The notes: generated from the sequence alone by a model not told the origin. A stretch of 64,000 nucleotides of DNA from Gemmatimonadota bacterium (GCA_040388535.1 JAZKBR010000002.1:774838-838837), one strand, 5' to 3'; shown: positions 53,748 through 63,658, numbered from the stretch's first letter. A program made the numbers and translations.

Positions 53748-54962
53748 CTACTTCATGGCAGGGAGGGTGTAGCGCCGCAGGTACTGCAGGTCATCCTCAT
53801 CCATCCGCATCGTATAGATCGTGCCGCGACCCCAGCCCACGAGTGACTCGCCCGACGCGAGTTGCACGTGGGCGAGGAGCGCTCCGGCGCCGCTGAGTAC
53901 GTCGAAGCGCTGGGTACGCGATCCGGTCGGACTGGAGAGCGAGACCCAAAGCAGGCCGTCGGGCGAACTGGTAATACCAGTATATGCCGCCTTCGCCGTG
54001 GCCCATTTCGCCGGCTCCAGCACGACCGCCTCGAACTTCGGCGGTGCCTTGCCGCTTGCTCCTGCGGCTGCGCTGAATGCCTTTCGTGACGCCGTCATCA
54101 TTCGGTCCGTCGCGGCTCGCATCGAATCGACGATGGCCTTCCGTTCGGTGGCGGTGATCGGCACGGCGACATACGGAATCACCGGCCCTAGTACCTCCTT
54201 CCCGCCATCAGCCACCAAATGCACCCGGTACACGCCGTCACGCAACACGGCGACCCGCCCATCGGGGAGCACCGTCCAGGCATCCATGGCCTGACCATCT
54301 GGCGCGGTCATCGTGAGCTTCATCCCGGCACCGTCCGGCTCGATCTTCGGCTTCATCTGTGACGTGACGTTGCGAATGCGCGTGAGCGTGGCGGTCTTGC
54401 CGGTTTTTCGGTCAAGGCGCTGGATCTCGACCGTATCGGCGATGTTCGGCATCGCGCGGTTCGCCCCGCCTGTCGCCATCGAGAATCCGGTGGTGGCACC
54501 ATAAACGCGGCCACGCGAATCCATCGCCGTGGGCATTATGCCCGAAAGATTCGCTCCGGTCTCCGCGCTGCCGAAGCGTGCCGTTCCGAGCGGGGTCGCG
54601 GTGGACGACAGCAGCAGGAAGCGCCCCTGCATCATGTCGAGATAGAGCAGCGTGTCGGCCACGCTCCCGAGCAGGATGCCGGGCGACCGGTATTCGAGCG
54701 GGCCAGCGCCCTGTCGCGACACCTTGGCAGAGCTCTTCCGGGTCAGGTCTACAACGAGCAGATCGCCTTCGCCGCTGTCGAGCAGCAAGACGCGGCCATC
54801 GCGCAGCTCGATGACCTGGGAAACCTTCGAGAAGCTTTCCTGATACTCCACGGCACCCTTGTCGAGCACGAGCGTAGGCCGGGTCTGGGCGGGGAGGGCG
54901 GCGATCGCGGTTGCACTGGCGGCGGCAGCGAGGGCGAACGAGTGAATGGCACGTGACCGCAT
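53748..54962 (-). CDS. Secreted 6-bladed beta-propeller protein, paralog 3
   Basis: 404 aa. Signal MRSRAIHSFALAAAASATAIAALPAQ. SRQGAGPLEYRSPG motif. Start coupled to the stop of the NarL-type regulator at 54962. Confidence 0.65.
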   Translation of the reverse strand: MRSRAIHSFALAAAASATAIAALPAQTRPTLVLDKGAVEYQESFSKVSQVIELRDGRVLLLDSGEGDLLVVDLTRKSSAKVSRQGAGPLEYRSPGILLGSVADTLLYLDMMQGRFLLLSSTATPLGTARFGSAETGANLSGIMPTAMDSRGRVYGATTGFSMATGGANRAMPNIADTVEIQRLDRKTGKTATLTRIRNVTSQMKPKIEPDGAGMKLTMTAPDGQAMDAWTVLPDGRVAVLRDGVYRVHLVADGGKEVLGPVIPYVAVPITATERKAIVDSMRAATDRMMTASRKAFSAAAGASGKAPPKFEAVVLEPAKWATAKAAYTGITSSPDGLLWVSLSSPTGSRTQRFDVLSGAGALLAHVQLASGESLVGWGRGTIYTMRMDEDDLQYLRRYTLPAMK

Positions 54963-55618
54963 CAGCTGCGCTCCCCGTGCAACCCTTCTTCCATGGCCAG
55001 CTTGGTGAGCCCGGCCACGGTGCGGATGCCGAGCTTGTCCATCAGCGACTCGCGATGGGTCTCCACGGTGCGGTGGGAGATGCCAAGCTGCGAGGCGATC
55101 TGCTTGTTGGTGTCGCCACGCGTGATGCCGACAAGCACATCGCGTTCGCGCGGAGTGAGCAGCGTGAGCGGTGAAGGCGGCGCCGAATCGGCGCGCATCG
55201 CCGCCGTGAGCCGGGCCGCGACCGCCGGAGGGAAGTAGCTCTCACCCCCGAACACGGTGCGCACGGCGCGGCGGAGTTCGGCCGGCGCAGAGTCCTTGAG
55301 CAAATAGCCGCGCGCGCCGGCCTTCACGCTCTCGAGCACATACTCCGGCTGATCATACATCGAGAGCATCAGCACCCGGGTGCTGCTGTTGCGACGGTGA
55401 AGTTCGGCAGCCACCGAGAGCCCGGTACGTCCCGGCATCGCCACATCCATCACCAGCACATCGACCGTCGTGTTGGCGACCAGGGTCAGCGCCTCTTCGG
55501 CGTTCTTTCCCTCGCCGACAACGGTCACGCCCGGCTCGCCTTCGAGTACGCGGCGAATTCCTTCGCGCACCACGGCATGATCATCGACGACGGCAACCCG
55601 GATCACCTGGGTGTTCAT
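54962..55618 (-). CDS. NarL/LuxR-family response regulator
   Basis: 218 aa. VAVVDDHAVVREG, VLVMDVAMPG. HTH LTPRERDVLVGITRGDTNKQIASQLGISHRTVETHRESLMDKLG. Confidence 0.93.
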   Translation of the reverse strand: MNTQVIRVAVVDDHAVVREGIRRVLEGEPGVTVVGEGKNAEEALTLVANTTVDVLVMDVAMPGRTGLSVAAELHRRNSSTRVLMLSMYDQPEYVLESVKAGARGYLLKDSAPAELRRAVRTVFGGESYFPPAVAARLTAAMRADSAPPSPLTLLTPRERDVLVGITRGDTNKQIASQLGISHRTVETHRESLMDKLGIRTVAGLTKLAMEEGLHGERS

Positions 55619-56973
55619 GTTGACTGCTCCTGAAATTCGACTGGCAGGGTCACCACGACATGCACGCCATTCGTGGATTCGACCCGCACGGTACCACCGA
55701 GGCCGACCATCCGCTCGCGCATCCCCGCGAGCCCCAGATGTCCCTCACGCTCGAAGGTGGCGAGATCGCGGCCGGGAGGGAAGCCGCGACCATCGTCCTT
55801 CACCGAGAGCGTCACCATCGTGCGGTCCGCACGAATACGGAGGGTGACGCGCGTTGCGCCCGAGTGTCGGACCGTGTTGGCGAGCGCTTCCTGTGCCGCG
55901 CGGAAGAGCGCGAGTTCCGCATCGTGCGTCAACAACGGCGCCTCTTCGGGGAGGTCGGTCTCGACCTGGAGCGGCCCGCGTTCGCGTACATCCTCGGCCA
56001 GTGACCGGATCGCCGGCAGCAGGCCGAGGTCGTCGAGCAGGGCAGGGCGGAGATCGTTCATCACACGGCGGATCCCGCGGATGCCGTTGTCGACGAGGTG
56101 AAGGATCTGGTCGAGTCGTTCGTGGGCGACTTCACCGCCGCTCTCGCGCAGCATGCCGACCTCGAGCTTCACGGCCGAGAGGGTCTGCGCTGTCTCGTCG
56201 TGGAGGTCGCGCGAGAGCCGTCGCCGTTCGGCCTCGTGCTGCCGGACCATCAGGCCGGAGAGTCGGGCGAGATCGTCAGTGCGCCCCGCAAGCCTGGCGG
56301 CAAAATCGGAGAGCACCATCAGTCCGAAACCCACACCGACGGAGAGCTCGAAGAGGATGTCGAGGTAGTAGCCCCACGGCGTCCACGCCCCGCGCGCGCG
56401 GAGGAAGGGGTAGTCGAGGTGGTGGAGTCCCCAGAGGAGAAAGGCGAGCGCGACGAACTTTGCGCCACCCGAGTTTGCCGTTCGCCCGTAGCGCCAGAAG
56501 ACCCACGACGTCCAGAGCGTCGCCCCCGAGATGAGCGCCACCATCGGAATCGCGACCACCATGAACTGATCGAGCGAATTGACGGCGAGCCACGCACCGA
56601 CCAGCGGCACCAGTGCGAACCCGGCGTAGCGATTCCGCCACGGCGTGCCCCGCGAGAAGACCAGTGCGGCCCAGAGAATCGTGAGTGCCACCCAGCCAGT
56701 GATGACCTGGTGCCAGAAGAGCCAGGTGAGATTCCCCGTGGCGAGGAACGCCATGATGGCGCCGAGGCGGATGAGGTAGAACCCCCACGCGGCGACCCAC
56801 CACGCGAGCCATCGTTCGCGCACGCGGCGATAGAGGACCAGCGCGAAGGCGGCAAGACCGGCAGTGATCGTGGCCTGGAAGATCACGTCGGCGAGTTCGG
56901 AGCCGACGGCGAGCGGCATGGCTTCCTGCATCAGGGAAACGTGCCGGGGTGGGTGCGCCGGGGGTAGGGGCAC
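55615..56973 (-). CDS. Membrane sensor histidine kinase (HisKA_3/NarX-DesK type)
   Basis: 452 aa. ~6 N-terminal TM helices; H-box LSRDLHDETAQTLSAVKLE; HATPase (ALANTVRHSGAT, DDGRGF, GHLGLAGMRER). Start uncertain (alternatives at 56931 and 56919). Confidence 0.85.
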   Translation of the reverse strand: MPLPPAHPPRHVSLMQEAMPLAVGSELADVIFQATITAGLAAFALVLYRRVRERWLAWWVAAWGFYLIRLGAIMAFLATGNLTWLFWHQVITGWVALTILWAALVFSRGTPWRNRYAGFALVPLVGAWLAVNSLDQFMVVAIPMVALISGATLWTSWVFWRYGRTANSGGAKFVALAFLLWGLHHLDYPFLRARGAWTPWGYYLDILFELSVGVGFGLMVLSDFAARLAGRTDDLARLSGLMVRQHEAERRRLSRDLHDETAQTLSAVKLEVGMLRESGGEVAHERLDQILHLVDNGIRGIRRVMNDLRPALLDDLGLLPAIRSLAEDVRERGPLQVETDLPEEAPLLTHDAELALFRAAQEALANTVRHSGATRVTLRIRADRTMVTLSVKDDGRGFPPGRDLATFEREGHLGLAGMRERMVGLGGTVRVESTNGVHVVVTLPVEFQEQST

Positions 56974-56989
56974 GGTAGCTTCTCATTCT

Positions 56990-58093
56990 GTGACTGCGCC
57001 TCCCGTCCTCTCTCTCGAACAGGTATCCCGTCGCTTCGGCGACGTCACGGCGGTCGACCGCGTCTCGTTCGAGGTCGCGCAGGGCGAGTTCTTCTCGCTC
57101 CTCGGCCCTTCCGGGTGCGGCAAGACCACCACGCTGCGGCTCATCGCCGGCTTCGAGCAACCCGAGGGCGGCATCCTCCGGATGCTGGGCGAGGAGATGA
57201 CCGGGCGCCGCCCCTACCAGCGCCCGATCGGGATGGTCTTCCAGAATTACGCCCTCTTCCCGCATCTCCGGGTGGCCGCGAACGTCGCGTTCGGCCTCGA
57301 GGAGCGACGCGTCCCGAGGCACGAGATCACCACGCGCGTCAACCGCGCTCTCGAGCTGGTCCGGCTCGATCCGGCCGTCTATGCCACACGCAGACCGAGC
57401 GAACTCTCCGGTGGCCAGCGGCAGCGGGTTGCGCTCGCCCGCGCCCTGGTGCTCGAGCCGCCGATCCTGCTGCTCGACGAGCCGCTCGGCGCCCTTGATC
57501 TGCAACTGCGCAAGCAGATGCAACTCGAACTCAAGGAGCTGAACCGCACGCTCGGCATCACCTTCATTCTGGTGACGCACGACCAGGAAGAAGCGCTCGC
57601 GATGAGCGACCGGATCGCGGTGATGCACGAAGGACGGGTCGTCCAGGTCGGCACGCCGGAGGCGATCTACGAGACCCCTCGCACGGAGTTCGTCGCGTCG
57701 TTCATCGGCGAGGCGAATTTCTTTGCGGGGACGGTGGTGCAGGTCGTTGATGGTGTCGCCGAGGTGGCTGGCAGCGATGGCAACCGGTGGCAGATACCGG
57801 TCACGAGCGGGATGGCGGCAGGCAACGCGGTGCGCGTCGCCGTTCGACCGGAATGGCTTGCGCTGCATCGTGATGATGGTCGTGAGGTGTCAGGCAATGC
57901 ATTCGCTGGCGCGGTGCGCGAAATCATCTTTCTTGGTGAGACGCTCCACGTCCTCGTGTCCTTGCGCGATGGCAGCACGGTGCGGGTCGCCCTGCGCAAC
58001 GAAGGTGTCCTCGCGAATCCCCTGGCCTGGCGAACAGGCGATCCGGTGCGGGTGGTGTGGGCACCGCACGATGCGCAGGTGCTCGAGGGATGA
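56990..58093 (+). CDS. potA: Spermidine/putrescine ABC transporter ATP-binding protein
   Basis: ORF 56864..58093 trimmed to GTG 56990 (VTAPPVLSLEQVSRRFG); the upstream part is antisense to the kinase gene. Walker A GPSGCGKTT; signature LSGGQRQRVALARAL; Walker B LLLDEP. Confidence 0.88.
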   Translation: MTAPPVLSLEQVSRRFGDVTAVDRVSFEVAQGEFFSLLGPSGCGKTTTLRLIAGFEQPEGGILRMLGEEMTGRRPYQRPIGMVFQNYALFPHLRVAANVAFGLEERRVPRHEITTRVNRALELVRLDPAVYATRRPSELSGGQRQRVALARALVLEPPILLLDEPLGALDLQLRKQMQLELKELNRTLGITFILVTHDQEEALAMSDRIAVMHEGRVVQVGTPEAIYETPRTEFVASFIGEANFFAGTVVQVVDGVAEVAGSDGNRWQIPVTSGMAAGNAVRVAVRPEWLALHRDDGREVSGNAFAGAVREIIFLGETLHVLVSLRDGSTVRVALRNEGVLANPLAWRTGDPVRVVWAPHDAQVLEG

Positions 58094-58968
58094 AGGGCAT
58101 CCGGCGACGAATCCTCGCCACGATGCACCGGCGTCCTGCGCTCGGCGCCGGATTCCTGCTCCTCCCGGCAGCTCTCTGGCTCGCGATCTTCTTCGCAGTC
58201 CCCCTCGGCATCATGGCGAGTTATGCCTTCCGCCCGCGGCACATTCTCGGTGGCGTCTACGGCGGCTGGACGACGGCGCACATCTCCCGGCTCTGGGAGC
58301 CGCTGTACCTGCAGATCCTCGGGCGCAGTGTGCTCCTCTCGCTGGTCGCCACGCTGCTGGCGCTGGCGGTGAGCTATCCGATGGCGCTGGTCATCGCCCG
58401 GGCCACACGCTGGCGGGCGCTGTTGCTCTTCCTGGTGGTGCTGCCGTTCTGGACCTCGTTCCTGGTGCGGACCTACGCGACGATCTTCCTGCTGCGTGAT
58501 ACCGGCCTCGTCAATCAGGCACTGATGGGGCTCGGCCTGATCAGCGCGCCACTGCAGCTGCTCTACACGCCAGGTGCCGTGCTGTTCGGGCTCGTCACCG
58601 GCTACATCCCGTTCATGGTGTTGCCGATCTACGGATCGCTCGAGAAGCAGGATCCGGCGCTGCTTGAGGCCGCCGAGGCACTTGGCGCACGCAGCTGGCG
58701 CCGATTCTGGCGAGTCACCTGGCCGCTCTCGCTGCCCGGCGTGGTGGCGGGGTCGCTGCTGGTGTTCATCCCCGCGCTGGGATCGTTCCTCACCAGCGAC
58801 CTGCTGGGTGGGGCCAAGGTGATGCTCATCGGCAACCTGATCCAGAACCAGTTCACCACCTCGCGCAACTGGCCCTTCGGTTCGGCGCTGTCGTTCCTGC
58901 TGCTGAGCTTCGTCTTGCTTGGCATGGTGCTGCGCGCGCGTAGCCGGGGCGACGAGGTGGCATCGTGA
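58090..58968 (+). CDS. potB: Spermidine/putrescine ABC transporter permease
   Basis: ORF 58057..58968 trimmed to ATG 58090 (ATGA overlap with the potA stop). 6 TM helices; EAA loop LLEAAEALGARSWRRFWRVTWPLSLPG. Confidence 0.85.
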   Translation: MKGIRRRILATMHRRPALGAGFLLLPAALWLAIFFAVPLGIMASYAFRPRHILGGVYGGWTTAHISRLWEPLYLQILGRSVLLSLVATLLALAVSYPMALVIARATRWRALLLFLVVLPFWTSFLVRTYATIFLLRDTGLVNQALMGLGLISAPLQLLYTPGAVLFGLVTGYIPFMVLPIYGSLEKQDPALLEAAEALGARSWRRFWRVTWPLSLPGVVAGSLLVFIPALGSFLTSDLLGGAKVMLIGNLIQNQFTTSRNWPFGSALSFLLLSFVLLGMVLRARSRGDEVAS

Positions 58969-59777
58969 GGCGCCGACTGATACCGGCCATTGCCGCTATC
59001 GGCTACCTCTCCGTTCACGTGCCGCTGCTGCTCCTCGTGCTCTGGAGCTTCAATGCCTCGCGGAGTGGCGCTCGCTGGGACGGATTCTCGTTCGTCTGGT
59101 ACCAGCGGCTGCTCGAGCGGGCGGACCTGCTGATCGCGCTGCGGACTTCGCTCGTCGTCGGACTCTCGGCAACCCTTCTCGCTACCGCGTTCGGGACCCT
59201 CGCCGCACTCGCGCTCGCCCGCGGGCGCCTGCGCCGTGCCGCGTGGCTCGAAGGGTCGCTCGCCCTCTCGATCGTGACCCCTGAAGTCATTGCCGGCATT
59301 TCGCTGCTGATTCTCTTCGGGGCTTTCGGGCTGCCGCTGGGATACCTCTCGCTCATCGTCGCGCACACCGCGTTTGCGCTGCCCTTCACGATCCTTGTGG
59401 TGCTCGCGCGGCTGCGTGGCATGGACGAAACGCTCGAAGAGGCGGCTCTCACGCTCGGTGCCGATGAGCTCACCACCTTTCGTCGCGTCACCGTGCCACT
59501 CCTGATGCCGGGAATCGTTGGGGCAGCGTTGCTGGCCTTCACGCTTTCGTTCGACGATTTCGTCATCACCTTTTTCACCGCTGGCCCAGGCACCAGCACC
59601 TTGCCGCTGCTGGTCTACGGCATGGTACGCCGCACCGTGGAGCCGTCTGTGAATGCGCTCTCGGCGATTCTGGTGGTCGTGACCACTCTGCTGCTGCTCC
59701 TCGCGCAGAAGGCGCTCGGTGTGACGCGAGGAGCCCCTGGTGGTGCCGCCCTTGAGCGGCACACGAATTCGCCGTGA
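58965..59777 (+). CDS. potC: Spermidine/putrescine ABC transporter permease
   Basis: 270 aa. Start overlaps the potB stop. EAA loop LEEAALTLGADELTTFRRVTVPLLMPG. Confidence 0.85.
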   Translation: MRRRLIPAIAAIGYLSVHVPLLLLVLWSFNASRSGARWDGFSFVWYQRLLERADLLIALRTSLVVGLSATLLATAFGTLAALALARGRLRRAAWLEGSLALSIVTPEVIAGISLLILFGAFGLPLGYLSLIVAHTAFALPFTILVVLARLRGMDETLEEAALTLGADELTTFRRVTVPLLMPGIVGAALLAFTLSFDDFVITFFTAGPGTSTLPLLVYGMVRRTVEPSVNALSAILVVVTTLLLLLAQKALGVTRGAPGGAALERHTNSP

Positions 59778-59839
59778 AGGACGTGCAGGGGTTCGAGGTT
59801 GCCGAAGATCCGCGCGGCGCACGCGCCGCGCGTACGGGT

Positions 59840-60913
59840 ATGATGCGACGAGATTTCCTGCGGATGGGTTTGTCCGCCGCGACCGCATCAATGCTTGCTG
59901 CCTGCATCACCAGGCGGAAGGCGCCACCCCCCAACGAACAGCCACTCTCGGCCGCGGGCCCGCTCGAGGGCGAGTTGCGGATCTTCAACTGGTCGGACTA
60001 CATCGCGGCCGAGACGATCGCCCGCTTCGAACGCGAATTCCGGGTGCGTGTGAGCTACGACACCTTCGAGAGCAACGAGGAGATGGTCGCCAAGCTGGTT
60101 GCCGGCGGCGATGGGTATGACCTCGTTGGGCCGACATCGTATCTCGTCCCGGTGCTCGCGGAAGGCGGGTTGCTCGCGCCGCTCGATCACGCCGTGCTGA
60201 GTCGATGGCATAACCTGCTTCCCGCCTTTCTCGATGCTCCGTCCGATCGCGGCGGGCGCTATGCCATGCCCTATCAGTGGGGAACCACCGGCATCGCCTA
60301 CCGCGAAGATCTCGTCGCCGCGTCACTCACGACCTGGGGTGTCTTTGCCGATGCCTCACTGGCCGGGAAGATGACGATGCTGGACGACGGACGCGAAGTG
60401 ATCGGAACGATGCTCAAATGGCGTGGCCGATCGATCAACAGCACGGACGGGTCCGAGCTGACGGCGGCCAAGCGCGACGCGATTGCCGTGAAGCCACACC
60501 TCCGCGCCTACATTTCGGCACCGGTCAAGGGACAACTCGTGAGTGGCGATGTGCAGGTGGCACAGCTCTTCTCCCCTGATGCGCGCCAGGCCCAGTTGGA
60601 GGAGCCGCGAGTGCAGTATGTTATCCCGGCAGAAGGAAGCGAGATCTATCTCGACACCCTCGCCATTCCCCGGGATGCGCCGCATCGACGGGCCGCGCAC
60701 GCCTTTCTCGACTATCTCCTGCGCCCTGAAGTGGCCGCCGAGATCGCCGAGCAGACCGGCGGTGGCCCCGTCAACGGAGCCGCGATTCCACTCATGCGTC
60801 ATCCGGTGGCGCCCCCCGATCCGGCGCAGCTCGCACGCCTCGAATACCAGCGCGACCTCGGCCCGGCAACCGATCAATGGGATCGGCTGTGGACCGAGAT
60901 CAAGTCGGCCTGA
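59840..60913 (+). CDS. potD: Polyamine ABC transporter substrate-binding protein
   Basis: ORF 59774..60913; ATG 59840 (MMRRDFLRMGLSAATASMLAAC, Tat/lipobox-like) is preferred. LRIFNWSDYIAAETIARFEREFRVRVSYDTFESNEEMVAKL, YQWGTTGIAYR. Confidence 0.85.
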   Translation: MMRRDFLRMGLSAATASMLAACITRRKAPPPNEQPLSAAGPLEGELRIFNWSDYIAAETIARFEREFRVRVSYDTFESNEEMVAKLVAGGDGYDLVGPTSYLVPVLAEGGLLAPLDHAVLSRWHNLLPAFLDAPSDRGGRYAMPYQWGTTGIAYREDLVAASLTTWGVFADASLAGKMTMLDDGREVIGTMLKWRGRSINSTDGSELTAAKRDAIAVKPHLRAYISAPVKGQLVSGDVQVAQLFSPDARQAQLEEPRVQYVIPAEGSEIYLDTLAIPRDAPHRRAAHAFLDYLLRPEVAAEIAEQTGGGPVNGAAIPLMRHPVAPPDPAQLARLEYQRDLGPATDQWDRLWTEIKSA

Positions 60914-60938
60914 GACCCTGATTCTTCCGGAGTTCCCT

Positions 60939-63458
60939 ATGCGTGTTACCCGCCTGCTGATCGCTGCGCTCCTGCTCCCTCTCTCGCTGCGGGCCCAACG
61001 TGCGCCCGTTCCCAGGGCGGCGGTCGCGGTGGACAGCGGCAGTTACCGGGTCGCGGCACTCGCCTGGGAGCACGGCGATTTCATTGGCGCGCTCGATGGC
61101 TTTGCCCGGATCATGGCAACTCCGCTCAAGGAAACGTTCCGCGACTCGATCGCGCTGGTGACCGGCGAACTCTACCAGACCAGGGAACTCACGCAGGATG
61201 GCAGCCGGCCCGCCTTCTCGCCGAAGGGCACCTTCGCCAGCTACGAGACGGGGCCGATCACCAATCGCGTGACCCGCATCGTGCGCTCGGCACCTGGGCT
61301 CACGCCGGTGCGAGAGGTCGGCGGGGCCGCTGCGGCGATCTCCCCAAGCGACACACTGGTCGCATTCCTCGCGCAACGCGGTAGCGGACCCGCACAACTG
61401 GTGGTGCAGCAACTGGTGAGTGGCGCCACGGTGCCGGTCGCCGGAATGGAATCGTGGCGCCCAACCGGCGTCGTGTTCGGTGCCACCGATGCGATGCTCT
61501 TTGTGGTCGCCGCGCCGGAGGGCGACAACAGTCGCAATGAGATCCTGCGGCTCGAGCGGCGCGACGCCGGCTATGCCGTTATCGGCCCCGTGGCGGCGAT
61601 GAACGGCTTCAAGTCCGCGCCGCTTCCGCTTCCTGGTGGGCGATACCTGGTGCATGCCGTGGTGGCGGGAAATCCGGTACGGCTTCCGAGTGGTGCCGCA
61701 GGAATCAAGGCCGCCGCGTCGTTCGCGATTGTCGATCTGGTGGCCGGAACGTCGCGGTGGGTCAACGGGTCGTCCGCGTCGGTCTCGGCCGATGGTTCGG
61801 CGGTGACCTACCTGGTCAAGGCCGACAACGGTCAAAACTCCGTCGTGGTGGAGCCGATTGCCGGCGGCGCCCCGGTGGTAGTGAAGCGCGCGACGGAACA
61901 ACTCGCCAACCCGGCGCTCTCGCCCGACGGCAGCCGCGTCGTCTTCCAGATGATGCCGACCTACGACTGGGAGTTGTACCTGATCGGAGCCGACGGGAAG
62001 AACGAGGTGCGCCTCACTCGCGAGATCCAGCACGACCTTTTCCCGGTCTGGCTCAACCAGAACAAGCTCCTTGCCGTGATCGGCGAAGCGCGGCACCGTC
62101 GCAGCTACATCTACGATGCGACCACGCTGCAGCGGACGCGGCTCTTCCACAACAACACCGTACGGACGATCGCCCCGGAATACGAATGGGTGGTCAGCGC
62201 CGATGGCTGTCGGGTACTGATCGTGGCCGAGCGAGACGGCAACACGGTCTCTCCTGAGCGTGGCGTCTATCTCACCGACCTCGACCTCACGGTGAGCGAT
62301 GCCGATCTGCTGGCGCGGATTCGCGGCAACCGCGCTGCCGAGGTGTCGTTGCGCGACCGCGGCCTGGCGACGTTCAAGCCGATTGCGGCCCAGGTCCGGC
62401 AGGTCACCTCGCAGGTCGACGTGGCGCGGATCTTCGGATACGAAAAGTCGCTCTTCGATTTCGATTCGAAGCACATCAGTCAGCCCGGCAACGCCAAGGC
62501 AATCGACTACCTCCTCAAGACCTACCGCACCTTCGGTTACGTGGCGGGGCCGCAGTGGTTCTCGCCACCGGGTGCGCTCGGGGGCAAGAGTGCCAACGTG
62601 CTCGCGGTGCTCAAGGGCACCGAACACCCGGAGCTCGTCTATGTCGTGTCATCGCACTTCGACTCCCGCGCCGAGGGACCTGGCGCCGATGACAACACCT
62701 CTGGCACGGCCGCGCTGCTCGAAGCCGCGCGCGTGCTTGCGGCGCACCCGCAACCCGCGACCATCATCTTCGCGTCGTTCACGGGCGAGGAAGCCGGGCT
62801 GCTGGGGAGTCGGGAGTTTGTGCGTCGGGCCGTCGCGGACAGCGTGCAGGTCGTCGGCGCGCTCAACAATGACATGCTCGGCTGGACCAACGACGGTCGA
62901 CTCGACAACACCATCCGCTATTCCAATCCCGGGATCCGTGACATCCAGCACGCCGCCGCCCAGCAATTTTCGCAGATGATTACCTATGACGCGCTCTACT
63001 ACAAGAGCACCGATGCGGCGGCGTACTACGAGGCGTATGGCGACATCGTCGGCGGGATCGGGTCGTACCCCGTGCTGGGGAATCCCCACTACCATATGTC
63101 CCACGATGTACTCGAATTCGAGAACCATCAGCTCATCGCCGAGGCCAGCAAGACCACAGTGGCGACCCTGATGCTGCTGGCCTCCTCCCCGTCACGGCTG
63201 GGCGGGCTGGCCCTCGACCGGCTGGCCGGTGGCACCGCCGAGATCCACTGGAATCCGAGCCGGGAGGGGGGGGTGGCGCGGTACGAGGTGACCTGGGGCC
63301 CGGAATCGGACCCGATGGCCCACCGGTTGACCACGCTTAGCCCCAAGGCGCGTCTGGTCGGGGCCGCCCCAGGGATGGTGGTGCAGGTTCGGGCGGTAAA
63401 CCGCCGGGGGCTGGCCGGCTGGGACTGGGCGCGGTTGCGGCTCAACCCGTTGCCGTGA
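60939..63458 (+). CDS. Secreted TolB-like beta-propeller (PD40 repeats) + M28 peptidase + C-terminal FN3 domain protein
   Basis: ORF 60543..63458 trimmed to ATG 60939 (MRVTRLLIAALLLPLSLRAQ); the upstream part overlaps potD. PD40-like NPALSPDGSRVVFQ. M28: VVSSHFDSRAEGPGADDNTSGTAALLEAA, IIFASFTGEEAGLLGSREF. FN3-like AEIHWNPSREGGVARYEVTWG. Confidence 0.85.
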   Translation: MRVTRLLIAALLLPLSLRAQRAPVPRAAVAVDSGSYRVAALAWEHGDFIGALDGFARIMATPLKETFRDSIALVTGELYQTRELTQDGSRPAFSPKGTFASYETGPITNRVTRIVRSAPGLTPVREVGGAAAAISPSDTLVAFLAQRGSGPAQLVVQQLVSGATVPVAGMESWRPTGVVFGATDAMLFVVAAPEGDNSRNEILRLERRDAGYAVIGPVAAMNGFKSAPLPLPGGRYLVHAVVAGNPVRLPSGAAGIKAAASFAIVDLVAGTSRWVNGSSASVSADGSAVTYLVKADNGQNSVVVEPIAGGAPVVVKRATEQLANPALSPDGSRVVFQMMPTYDWELYLIGADGKNEVRLTREIQHDLFPVWLNQNKLLAVIGEARHRRSYIYDATTLQRTRLFHNNTVRTIAPEYEWVVSADGCRVLIVAERDGNTVSPERGVYLTDLDLTVSDADLLARIRGNRAAEVSLRDRGLATFKPIAAQVRQVTSQVDVARIFGYEKSLFDFDSKHISQPGNAKAIDYLLKTYRTFGYVAGPQWFSPPGALGGKSANVLAVLKGTEHPELVYVVSSHFDSRAEGPGADDNTSGTAALLEAARVLAAHPQPATIIFASFTGEEAGLLGSREFVRRAVADSVQVVGALNNDMLGWTNDGRLDNTIRYSNPGIRDIQHAAAQQFSQMITYDALYYKSTDAAAYYEAYGDIVGGIGSYPVLGNPHYHMSHDVLEFENHQLIAEASKTTVATLMLLASSPSRLGGLALDRLAGGTAEIHWNPSREGGVARYEVTWGPESDPMAHRLTTLSPKARLVGAAPGMVVQVRAVNRRGLAGWDWARLRLNPLP

Positions 63459-63505
63459 TAGGTTTTCCGCCCTGTGTCAGGGGCTTGCGCCCCAGGAGAA
63501 ACGCG

Positions 63506-63658
63506 ATGCTCTACTACTTCGGAATGGTGATGGCGGGTGTCGGCGCGGGCGTGCTGATCACGGCGCTCACGTTCGTGACCCTGATGCTCACAGCCGTCAT
63601 CTTCTCGATGTTCGCGTTCACCGCTTCGCCGATCCTCGACAAGATCTTCAAGGACTGA
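63506..63658 (+). CDS. Small (50 aa) hydrophobic membrane protein, hypothetical
   Basis: ORF 63455..63658 trimmed to ATG 63506 (AGGAGA 7 nt upstream). MLYYFGMVMAGVGAGVLITALTFVTLMLTAVIFSMFAFTASPILDKIFKD gives two TM helices. Confidence 0.4.
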   Translation: MLYYFGMVMAGVGAGVLITALTFVTLMLTAVIFSMFAFTASPILDKIFKD

